A stretch of 24,317 nt of DNA, taken from Octopus sinensis (Eukaryota). Below are positions 1 through 10,363 of the stretch, one piece after another. The stretch's first letter is position 1. Each line of letters opens with the position of its first letter. Location: NCBI RefSeq assembly GCF_006345805.1, contig NW_021836700.1:1-24317 (forward strand), given 5' to 3'. The notes under the pieces were generated by a model. The model made no database searches, was not told the DNA's origin, and saw nothing but the letters and a program-made list of their open reading frames with translations. The position numbers were made by a program, and so were the translations under genes.

Positions 1-2604
1 TCAATTCCAAAATTTGGTGCTAGTCCCTCCAGGATTTTCCATATGTACATCACTGCATATCTCTCTCGTCTTCGTTCCAAGGAGTACAAATTGAGTTCCT
101 AAGCCTCTCCCAATAGTTCTTTTCTTTCATGGTGGAAATCCTCTTGGTGAAATGTCTTTGGATTGTCTCAAGCTTGTGGTTAGTTTGACACTATGCGGTG
201 ACCACAGTTGGGAGCAGTAGTCCAGGCGGCTTGGGACAAATGTCCTCCATAGTGTCAACATGGTCTCGCAGTCTCTTGTCCGGAATGTCCTCAGGATCCA
301 GCCAGTGAGTCATCTGCACATTGTCGCCACCTTCGCGATGTGTGAAGAAAAAGATGCATCGTCACTCATGTCTATCCCCAGGTCCCGTATTGATTTCGAT
401 ACTGGGATTTCGATCCCTCCTGGACCAGTATAGTTGTGTTGTAATGTATATGTGTTTACAGCTTGATATTGTAAGGCTTGAAATTTACCAGCATTAAATT
501 GCATGTTGTTGTCTTCAGCCCTTTGTATATGGCATCCAGATCTTGTTGTAAAAGGTCAGCATCAGCTGGGTTTTTGATTGCCTGTGCTACCTTTGTGTCA
601 TCAGCATAGCTAGTGAGGGATGTTGTTTGTGCTACCAAGGGCATGTCAAGAGCGCCACCAAAAACAGCAAGGTCCCAAGACTGTGCCTGTGGTACCCCCG
701 CTTGCTATTGGGGTTTTTCCCGAGAGGGCTCCATTGGCTGCAACCATCTGGCTTCGTCCTTCAGGAAGTCATGTATCCACTCACCTACTTTTCCTGTTAT
801 GCCGAATCTGAGTAATTTGTGACATATCACTCCGTGGTCGACTTTGTCAAGGGCTTCGCAAAATCGAGATATACCACATCCACCTGTGAGCGATCCAGTA
901 GTTGTTTCAGTACCCAGTCGTAGTGTTGTAACAGCTGCGTAAGGCAGCTTCTTCCTGGGCGAAAGCCATGCTGTGTGTCAGTGAGACGGTTAGTTTCTTC
1001 GAGGAACGTGATCAGTTTTTTTCTGATGATTCGTTCCATGACCTTACTTATGTGTGACGTCAGGGAGACTGGCCTGTAGTTTTTGGCCTCTGCTCTACTC
1101 CTCCTTTTTGATAGGGCATATGGTGCCTTCTTTAGCGCCCTGGGGCTTTACCGTTAGCCAAGGAACCACTGAAGAGCTTCTTCAGTGGTCCCGCTAGGGC
1201 ATGCCTGCATGTTTTTAGGAGGACTGCTGGGAATCCATCTGGTCCAGCAGCTGAGTTATTCTCATTTCTTCTATGGCAGATATTACATCCCTCTCTGTAT
1301 GTCTATGTGGTCGATGGTTGTTGTTTGGTTTTGGAGTGTTGTGGCATCAAAGAAAACTTCTGGGTTTGTGATTTGCATGTGCCCCAGAGGGGATGTGAAC
1401 ACACTTTTATACTGTTCCTTTAGTATTTCACTTATCCCTTGGGGTCCTCAGTTAGAGAGCCCTTTTTATCAAAGAGTGGGCCAATCTTGCAGTGTACCGA
1501 GGTGGTTTCTTTCGCAAATTAAAGAAGGCTTTAGGGTTTGTTTTAATATTCTCTATGGCCCTGGCTTCTCTCTCTCTGCCCTCTCCTTCTCATAGGAAAG
1601 GAAAGTTTGAGTGCATTTCCGTTTCAAAAGTTTCAGGTGGAGTCCCTCATTGTTTCTCTGCCGTGCATTCAGTTGCTTCGAGAGCTTAGCTCTTCGCCTC
1701 ATAAGTATTTTCCTGTCTCTGGGAATAACGTTCCTATGCCCGCTGGCTTTTTTCTCTCCGGGACAAACTTATGGCATATGTTCTGTATTGTTGTCATGAA
1801 ATGTTGGAAATGTGTGTTGGTGTCTTGTGTGGTGATGAAGTCACTCCAGTCATGTTTTCGGATCTCTTCGTTGATCTTCTTCCAGTTTGCCTTATGGAAG
1901 TTTAACTGGATAGGCCTGTGGTATTTTCTAATGGCTGCGTCTCAACTAACTCTCTCATACCATATATCATTACCTCTACTAAGTTGTGATCTAGAGAGAT
2001 GTGTGGTGTTACCATTATGTTGTGGATGAGCATTGGGTTGCTTGTGAAACAGAGGTCCAAGATATTCTCACCTCTTGTTAGCCGAAGCACTGCTTGTTCC
2101 ATGAAAAACTTGCGTGTGAGAGCCACAAGGACTCTGTCTGTCTCTGTTCAAGTGATGTCATTCCAGGGAGGAGATGGCCATCTGGCCATTTGACTTTCGG
2201 AAGGTTAAAATCTCCCAGCAGTAGAATGGTGTTACCCTGGTCCAGTTTGTCCAGGACTTCTTCTATTCTTCTGAGGCTATCTTCAAACACTCCTTCATGA
2301 CTAGGGGGGTGTCTGGTGGCCGATATGTCCACATATTACATTTTTTCGGTTGTTTCATGTGTACTATCAGTGTGTCACAGAATGAGTTTGAGTGTGTCAA
2401 CAGTACTATGGGTGTGACATCTTCACGGACGTACAGGGCACCCCACCATGAGTTCTTTCCTTCCTGTCTGACCGAAAAACAGTATACTTTGGTATGTGTA
2501 TACTGCTTGACAGGTGCGTTTCAGTCAGCGCTATGCATATTGCATGGTTGCTTGTGCTTAAGTCCTTAAGGTAAGGAATTTTACTCATATTAGTGGGTTT
2601 CATA

Positions 2605-2605
<1 letters not shown>
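1..2605 (-). mobile_element. CR1/L2-group non-LTR retrotransposon copy A: frameshifted ORF2 (APE endonuclease + RT), 5'-truncated, 3' end beyond the window edge
   Basis: Minus-strand fragments give EN motifs IALTETHL, LLLGDFNLP, LDLCFTSN and DHNLV, and RT motifs NYRPVSLTSH, QHGFRPGRSCLTQLL, VYLDFAK, SGVPQ and YADD (597-608). The C-terminal SLERRRERY...WKILEG motif lies near 1-100. It is homologous along its length to copy B. Confidence 0.92.
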
Positions 2606-2639
<34 letters not shown>

Positions 2640-2642
2640 CAT
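2606..2642. repeat. (AT)n microsatellite between LINE copies A and A'
   Basis: Direct reading: tgtatatatatatatatatacatatatatatatacat. Confidence 0.95.
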
Positions 2643-3449
2643 CAATAAATCCTTAAATCCTTAAAAATGTTTTAGCCCGAAGGCCGCGGCATGCTGGGGC
2701 ACCACCGCTGAATGAGCTACACTAGTTTGTGAATCCACCTCTGATACGTGGCACTTGATCTACAAGGGAGTTCGATGCTGCTGCCCGCATCCGCGTCTCC
2801 TGTCGTGAGGTAGGTAATCTGGGACTCCAACAAGAAGAGATCCAGTTTTAGTTTTAAAGAAACCCACATCCACACCATGTAAGTCTCTCGGGCATTTAGG
2901 GAGGATGTTAAAGAGCTGTGGTCCTCTGAAACCCAAGCTGTTGCAGTATCTGGACCTGTATTTTGATGGTGATGTTGGAATCCTTGGCACCACGCAGCGG
3001 CGCCCCGTTCTGCGGTTGGAGTAACGTTGAATGCCAAAGTTTGGGACAAGACCCTCCAGGATTTTCCAGATGTATATCACTGCATATCTCTCCCGCCTCC
3101 GCTCCAGGGAGAAGAGGTTTAATACCTTCAGTCTTTCCCAGTAGCTGATATTTTGCATTGAGACTTTTTCTTTGTGTAGCTACTCTGAATGCTTCGAGTT
3201 CTGCTGTTGTTTTTATATTGTGTGGTGACCAAAGTTGGGAGCAGTAGTCAAGCGGCTGAGGACGAATGTTTTCCATAGGACCATCAGTTCTCCTTCTCTC
3301 TTGTTCTGAAAGTTCGGAGAATCCATCCTGCTAGCCGTCTGCATTTTATCACCAGATTAGCAATATGCATTTGGAAAGATGCATCATTGCTCATGTCATG
3401 CCCAGGTCACGCACTGATTTTGACCAGGGATTGCAATTCTTCCTGGGCC
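2643..3449 (-). mobile_element. CR1/L2-group LINE copy A': 5'-truncated 3' fragment (ORF2 C-terminus, 3' UTR, short tandem-repeat tail)
   Basis: Minus-strand peptides [18 protein letters not shown] and YWERLKVLNLFSLERRRERYAVIYIWKILEG...GFRGPQLFNILPK match the C-terminus of copy B. The 3' UTR has GGTGCCCCAGCATG and a stem-loop, then (TTTAAGGA)x2 at about 2647-2665. Confidence 0.9.
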
Positions 3450-3452
3450 ATA

Positions 3453-3502
<50 letters not shown>

Positions 3503-3541
3503 ATATATTATATATATATATATATATATACACATTATATC

Positions 3542-3589
<48 letters not shown>

Positions 3590-3708
3590 CATATATATAT
3601 ATACATATATATACATATATACATATATATATTATACATATATATACATATATACATATATACATATATATACATATATACATATATATATATATACATA
3701 ATATATAC

Positions 3709-3757
<49 letters not shown>

Positions 3758-3956
3758 CATATATATATACATATATATATATATACATATATATAATATA
3801 TTATTATATATATATATATATATACTATATATATATATATATACATATTATATATATATAATACATATTATATATTATATATACATATATATATATATGT
3901 ATATATATATACCTATATAATATGTATATATGTATATATTATACATATATATATAT
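3450..3956. repeat. Degenerate (AT)n / (ATAC) microsatellite, ~500 bp
   Basis: Direct reading; it explains the Ile/Tyr-only ORFs in the track. Confidence 0.97.
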
Positions 3957-6900
3957 GATGCACCACCTGCCCCAAGCGGAGGTACGCAGATGTTGGGCGC
4001 GCCACAAACCGCCAACATGATGTTGTCGAAAGAGCAGCTGCTGAGCAACAATCTTTTTGTGCATGGCACAAAAGATTGTACAGCAGCTGACCTGGCTTCA
4101 TCAAACCCAAGCCCGCAGGTGGGACTACCCACTATATACCAGACCACCACAGCAAACAGACACAGGATGGACACCGCCGGCAACAACGTACACCTCACCT
4201 CGATACTCCTACTGAACATCAGAGGACTGCAAACACTCAGTAACAGGACAAAGATCCCGTTCCTGAGAGACTTTGTTGCATGCAATCAAGCCTTATGCAT
4301 AGCACTTACAGAAACGCACCTGAAACCGGACATAGCAGATGCGGAGTTACACATACCACAGTATGCATTTGGTGTACTACGGACCGACAAGGAAAGAAAG
4401 GAGTCATGGAGGTGTTGCTATGTACATCCGTGTGAAAACCTCACACCCCAGGTCCTCTTGTCATACTCAAACTCGGTGTGTGACACACAAATTGTACATA
4501 TCAGGCAACTTGATGTAGATTGTTGTGCTACATATCGCCCTCCAGATGCCCCAAGCCATGTGGGCAAGTTTGAAGACTGCCTTATAAAAATAGAAGAAAT
4601 TCTAACACATTAGAACAACACATAGGTGTGCTTCTTATGGGAGACTTCAATCTGCCCAATGTCAGATGGCCCGAGGGCCTTTCTCTCCCAGGAATGACAA
4701 GATGTGAACGAGGACAGGCGAGGTCCCTCCTGAACCTCATCAACACCCTGTACATGGAGCAGGTAATACTCCAACCAACCAGGGCAGGAAACACCACTGG
4801 ATCTCTGCTTCACAAATGACATGGATCTCATCCATAATGTGAAAGTGACACCGACACTACTCTCGGATCACAACATGATAGAGCTGACCATGTACGGGCC
4901 AAAAGAGAGCACGGACATGCAGCCTACAAGAAACCTCAAAATCTTTCCAGCTTGAACTACCATAAGGCAAACTGGAAACAATTGAGAAAGAGATCCTCAA
5001 ACAAAACTGGCCTAAATGTCTCTCCTCGCCAGACATCGACGTGAAACTTCAACAATTCATGTCTGTAATGCAAGCCATATGCTACAATGTGTCCCAGAGA
5101 GAAAGGCCACTGTACACAAGAACAAAAGAGACGGCGTACGAAATTTTCAAATCGCCTAAACAAACAGATTGAAAGCAGTGAAAGTCCCGCCTAAAATAAA
5201 ACTGTTGGAATCGAAAAATGTCTGCAACTCTCCATGAAGAAAGAAAGAGCAGACAAGAAGCCTGGCTATAGAAAACATAAAATCTAACCCCAGAGCTTTC
5301 TACAGGTATGCCAAAGAAACAGCTACAGTGCACTGTAGAATAGGGCCACTCCTCGAAAAGGATGGCACACTTACAGGAAAACCAATGAGGGTAAGTGAAA
5401 TACTGAATGAGCAATTCAAGAGTGTTTTCACTCCACCCCTTGGGCATCTCCAAATCACCAATCCAACTGACTTTTTTACCACTGCAGATATAAAATCAGA
5501 GGCGGCGACGATAGATTACATCGATATAAAGGAAGACGATGTAACCAAGGCTATAGATGAAATGAAAACAGACTCAGCTACTGGCCCCGATGGATTCCCG
5601 GCAATCCCCTAAAAGCATGTAAGAGAGTCCTAGCAAGACCACTGCAGTTCCTCTTTCAGAGCTTCCTTGCAGCTGGCAAACTTCCAGGAAAACTGAAGGA
5701 AGGTAAAATATGCCCCATTCATAAAGGAGGTAGCAGAGCGGAAGCCAAGAACTATAGACCTATCTCTCTGACCTCACACATCAGCAAGGTCATGGAACGA
5801 ATAGTCAGAAGGAAGCTGATCACTTCCTTGAAGAAATGACTTGCTGCCCGACACCCAACATGGTTTCCGACCAGGGAGAAGCTGTTTAACTCAGCTCCTA
5901 CAACACTATGACTGGGTGCTGAAACGGCTGCTCAACCACTCAAATGTGGAAGTGATATATCTCGACTTTGCAAAGGCCTTTGATAAAGTCGATCATGGAA
6001 TGATATGTCACAAACTGCGTGATCTCAACATAGTTGGAAAACTGGGAGAATGGCTTCATGACTTTCTGAAGGATAGAAGTCAGGTGGTAGTAGCCAATGG
6101 GGCCACCTCCATTAACACACAAATAGTGAGCGGTGTTCCGCAGGGCACTGTTCTGGGACCACTACTGTTCATAATGGCCCTCTCAGACATGCCCTCAGCC
6201 ACGCAGAGAGCCACGATCACAAGTTATGCAGATGATACAAAAGTTTCACAGGCAATACAGAACCCTGAGGACACTAAACACCTGCAATGTGAGCTGGACG
6301 AAATATACAAGTGGGCTGAAAAGAATAGCATGCAGTTCAATGCTGGAAAGTTTCAAGCTTTATACTATCAGCATGCAAAACTGAATGCAATACCCAATGA
6401 ATACACTGGACCCGGAGGGATTGCAATCCAGAGGCACAATCAGTGCGTGACCTGGGTATTCACATGAGTGATGACGCGACCTTTCATGTACATGTTGCTA
6501 AACTGACAATGAAATGTAGACGGCTGGCTGGATGGATTCTTAGAACCTTTAGAACAAGAGAACAAGAAACCATGATGGTCCTCTGGAAGACACTTGTCCT
6601 AAGCCACTTTGACTATTGCTCTCAGCTATGGTCACCATCCAGTGTCAAGTTGATCACAGAACTTGAGGCGATCCAACGAAGCTACACAAAGAAGATAGCC
6701 TCTATGCAGAATGTAAGCTACTGGGAAAGACTCAAGAGATTAAAATTATATTCCCTGGAGCGTAGGCGGGAAAGATATGCCATAATATACATCTGGAAGA
6801 TCCTGGAGGGAAGTGTCCTGAACTTTGGCATCGAGAGTTACGCAAATGCCAGAACTGGGCGCCACTGCGTGGTGCCTAGGACTCCAAACCTGCCATCAAG

Positions 6901-7229
6901 ATGTAGGACAAGATTCTGTGATAGCCTGGGCTTCCGAGGCCCACAGCTCTTCAATATCCTCCCGAAGAACCTGAGAGACCTGCATGGGGTGGATACAGAT
7001 GTCTTTAAAATGAAGCTGGATCTCTTCCTGTCAGGTGTCCCAGATGAACCAACTTCACGGCAGGAGGGGCAGATGAGGGCAGCTGCATCGAACTCTCTCA
7101 TGCACCAAATAGCAGTTGCTAGAAAGCCTCCATGAAGTGAAACCAAGTAGCAACACCAAATGGCGGTGCCCAGCATGGCCACAGCTCATAAGCTGAAACT
7201 AGAATCAATCAATCAATCAATCAATCAAT
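3957..7229 (+). mobile_element. CR1/L2-group LINE copy B with complete ORF2 region, 3' UTR and (AATC)n tail; no recognisable ORF1
   Basis: EN motifs LLNIRGL, IALTETHL, MGDFNLP, LDLCFTN and SDHN; RT motifs NYRPISLTSH, QHGFRPGRSC, YLDFAKAFDKVDH, SGVPQGTVLGP and YADD (6225-6236). ORF2 stops at 7135 and the (AATC)x6 tail is at 7203-7229. Confidence 0.95.
4167..7135 (+). pseudogene. ORF2 (APE endonuclease-reverse transcriptase) of copy B, interrupted by several small frameshifts and a short deletion near 5130
   Basis: ORF fragments 3930-4613, 4628-4819, 5328-5612, 5841-6467 and 6443-7135 join into one EN-RT protein after 1-nt corrections. The start at MDTAGNN (4167) is inferred from its position just before LNIRGL. 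Confidence 0.85.
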
Positions 7230-7237
7230 ATATATAA

Positions 7238-7278
<41 letters not shown>

Positions 7279-7302
7279 CATATATAGAATATATATATAT
7301 AC

Positions 7303-7350
<48 letters not shown>

Positions 7351-7433
7351 ATATATATACATATATACATATATACATTACATATATATATATATATATA
7401 TACATATATATTATATTATATACATATATATAC

Positions 7434-7464
<31 letters not shown>

Positions 7465-7615
7465 CATATATATATATCTATATATATACATATATATATA
7501 TATATATAACATATATATATATATATATATACAGATATATATCTATATACATATATATATAATATAATATATAACATATATATAAGATATATACAATAAT
7601 AATATTATATACATA

Positions 7616-7651
<36 letters not shown>

Positions 7652-7684
7652 CATATATAGATATATACATATATATAGATATAC

Positions 7685-7715
<31 letters not shown>

Positions 7716-8078
7716 CATAATATATTAACATATATATATATTACAATATATATTACTATATATCTAACATATTATATATACATATATATATACATATATA
7801 ATATATACATATATATACACATATATATATAATAATATAATATATATTATACATATATATATATACATATATATATATATAATATAATTATATATATATA
7901 TATATAATACATATATAATATATATTACAATATATATATATACATATATAATATATATATATATATATATATACATATATATATACATTATATATATATA
8001 TATATACATTATATTATATATACATATAATAATATATATATATATTATATATATATAATTATTATATAGATATATATA

Positions 8079-8127
<49 letters not shown>

Positions 8128-8130
8128 CAA

Positions 8131-8162
<32 letters not shown>

Positions 8163-8222
8163 CATAATATATATATATAATATATATTATATAATATATA
8201 CATATATATATATATACATATA

Positions 8223-8253
<31 letters not shown>

Positions 8254-8582
8254 CATATATTATATATATATACATATATATACATATGATATATATTAAT
8301 ATATAATATATACATATATATATATACACATATATATTATATTATACATATATTATATATAATATATATATACTATATATATATACATTATATACAACAT
8401 ATATATATATAATATACATATATATATATATATATATATACATATAATATCTATATATACATATACTATATATAATATGTATACATATATACATATATAT
8501 ATTATATATATATATATTACATATATATATATATATTATATAATATATATATATATATAACATATATATATATACAGATATA

Positions 8583-8616
<34 letters not shown>

Positions 8617-8821
8617 TATACATATATATATATATATACATATATATATTATATATACAGAATATATAATACATAATATATATATATCATACATATTATA
8701 TATACATATATAGATATTATACATAGATATATATATTATACATAATATACATAATATTTTATATATAATATATAATATACCCATATATATTATTATACAT
8801 TATATAATATATATACATATA

Positions 8822-8891
<70 letters not shown>

Positions 8892-9025
8892 TACAATATA
8901 TATATATACATATATATATATTATAATATATATATATATACATATTATAATATATATATATTCTATATATATCTATATATACATATATAGATAATAATAT
9001 ATATACATATATATATGTATACATA

Positions 9026-9062
<37 letters not shown>

Positions 9063-9096
9063 TGTATACATATATATTATACATATATGTATACAT

Positions 9097-9128
<32 letters not shown>

Positions 9129-9182
9129 TATACATATATATATATATATAATATATATACAATATATACATATAATATATTA

Positions 9183-9215
<33 letters not shown>
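7230..9215. repeat. ~2 kb degenerate (AT)n tract with ATAC/ATT interruptions
   Basis: Direct reading. Confidence 0.97.
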
Positions 9216-9216
<1 letters not shown>

Positions 9217-9302
9217 CAACAATTGAGGTTAAAATTAATAATCAATTTCACCAAGTGTTCAGTATGTAAAAGGATGTTTAAGGCGAATTCAAAGTTATTA
9301 CA

Positions 9303-9603
9303 TAATATAATTAGGGCTTAGTAAAATAAATTACTTTGCCACTATGAACTAAATTAGAAATAGCAGCCAAAAAAATTTTTTAGCGATTTCTATTAAAGAA
9401 AATTTCTATGCAGATAATGTTTACCCAGACAAACTCACGAAGGGTATGGAGGGAAATACAGAAAAATATCACAAGTACATAGAATCGTGAGAACGCAACG
9501 TTTCTTTAAGTAGTAGAATAGCGAAAAAATTTTGGGGCTTATTGCTTTTCTATTTAGTTCAGTATGTGGCAAAGTAAGTATTTACTAAGCCTAATTTATA
9601 TTA
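9303..9603. mobile_element. Unclassified MITE / fold-back element with ~100-bp imperfect terminal inverted repeats
   Basis: Left arm 9303-9402 (taatataattagggcttagtaaaataaattactttgccactatgaactaaattagaaa...attaaagaaa) aligns with the reverse complement of 9501-9603 (taatataaattaggcttagtaaatacttactttgccacatactgaactaaatagaaa...cttaaagaaa). The ~100-bp spacer is non-coding. Confidence 0.8.
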
Positions 9604-9630
9604 ATATATATATATTATATATATTTATAT

Positions 9631-9672
9631 AAATTAGCATAAAGACCCGTCGTTGCCGGGTCATAGTGCTAG
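9631..9672 (+). mobile_element. Helitron 3' terminus (GC hairpin + CTAG)
   Basis: GACCCG-tcgttgc-CGGGTC hairpin at 9644-9662, 6 nt, CTAG at 9669-9672, then T. This is the canonical Helitron end. A possible 5' A|TC start at 9216 is unproven. Confidence 0.7.
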
Positions 9673-9734
9673 TGCATGTATATATGTGTATATATGTGTA
9701 CATATTACATGTATATTTATATATATACATCTAA

Positions 9735-10120
9735 ACATAAAATACAAAATACGAAGTTATATCTTGATATCGCTAGTGATAACAATACTCATAATATATA
9801 ACCGACTGGAATTGTTAGCCCGTCTCTTGTAATTTCGATCAATTGTATCTTGTCCTTCCTCTTGTATAGAAGTGTGGCTATAATCCAGCCTACCTCTACT
9901 TCTGGTGGGGGGAGGCATATTAAATATTTTCCGGGACGTTCTACGTCCCAGATACAAAGGTGAAATTAAAATATTTCCACTTTGCATGTTCGAGTCGAGT
10001 ACTTCCTTGCACGCTCCGTTGACTCGAATCTTGCTTCTATTGTGGCGAATTTACCGCCTCTGATTAGAAACCTTTCATAGTCGCCCCAAGACACTTTCGA
10101 AGGTGCTTTCCTCCATGTTG
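9735..10120 (-). pseudogene. Relic of a diverged Tx1/L1-type ORF1 (downstream part)
   Basis: Peptides LIRGGKFATIEARFESTERARKYST and SGNILISPLYLGRRTSRKIFNMPP align with INRGRRFGTVEVRFKTEEIAKKLST and VGNIVLLPLYRGRRTSKIVMKNIPP of the ORF1 at 14253-15113. Confidence 0.8.
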
Positions 10121-10363
10121 TTTTATTATTACCCACAAGGGGCGAACATAGATGGGACAATACAATCTGATGTGGGGTCAGACACACGAATGGGTTTTTA
10201 CAATAAAACGAATTTAAAAATTTACATGAAATTACAAAATAGACACAAAATCGAATGATGTAACAGACCGGAAGACATTACGGGTGGAGTGGGTGCGGGT
10301 TTAGCTCGGACCCCACGAGCCCCGCCTCCCCACTGATACTTTTGGTTGCGCTTGGTATTACAT

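Noticed and set aside
1-7135. Copies A and B as a giant inverted repeat or composite transposon
   Set aside because: They are diverged subfamilies with different truncation points, so independent insertions explain the layout.
3365-9269. Many long Ile/Tyr-rich ORFs (YIYIYI...) in the ORF track
   Set aside because: They are translations of (AT)n tracts, which lack stops in several frames; they are not genes.
9311-9320. TTAGGG telomeric motif in the MITE arm
   Set aside because: It is a single copy and the other arm reads TTAGGC, so it is chance.
10100-10200. Possible insertion of the Tx1 element into U2 snRNA, 5S rRNA or tRNA genes, as in Keno, Mutsu or Dewa
   Set aside because: The flanks do not resemble those RNAs; the 3' flank translates as an ORF1 relic.
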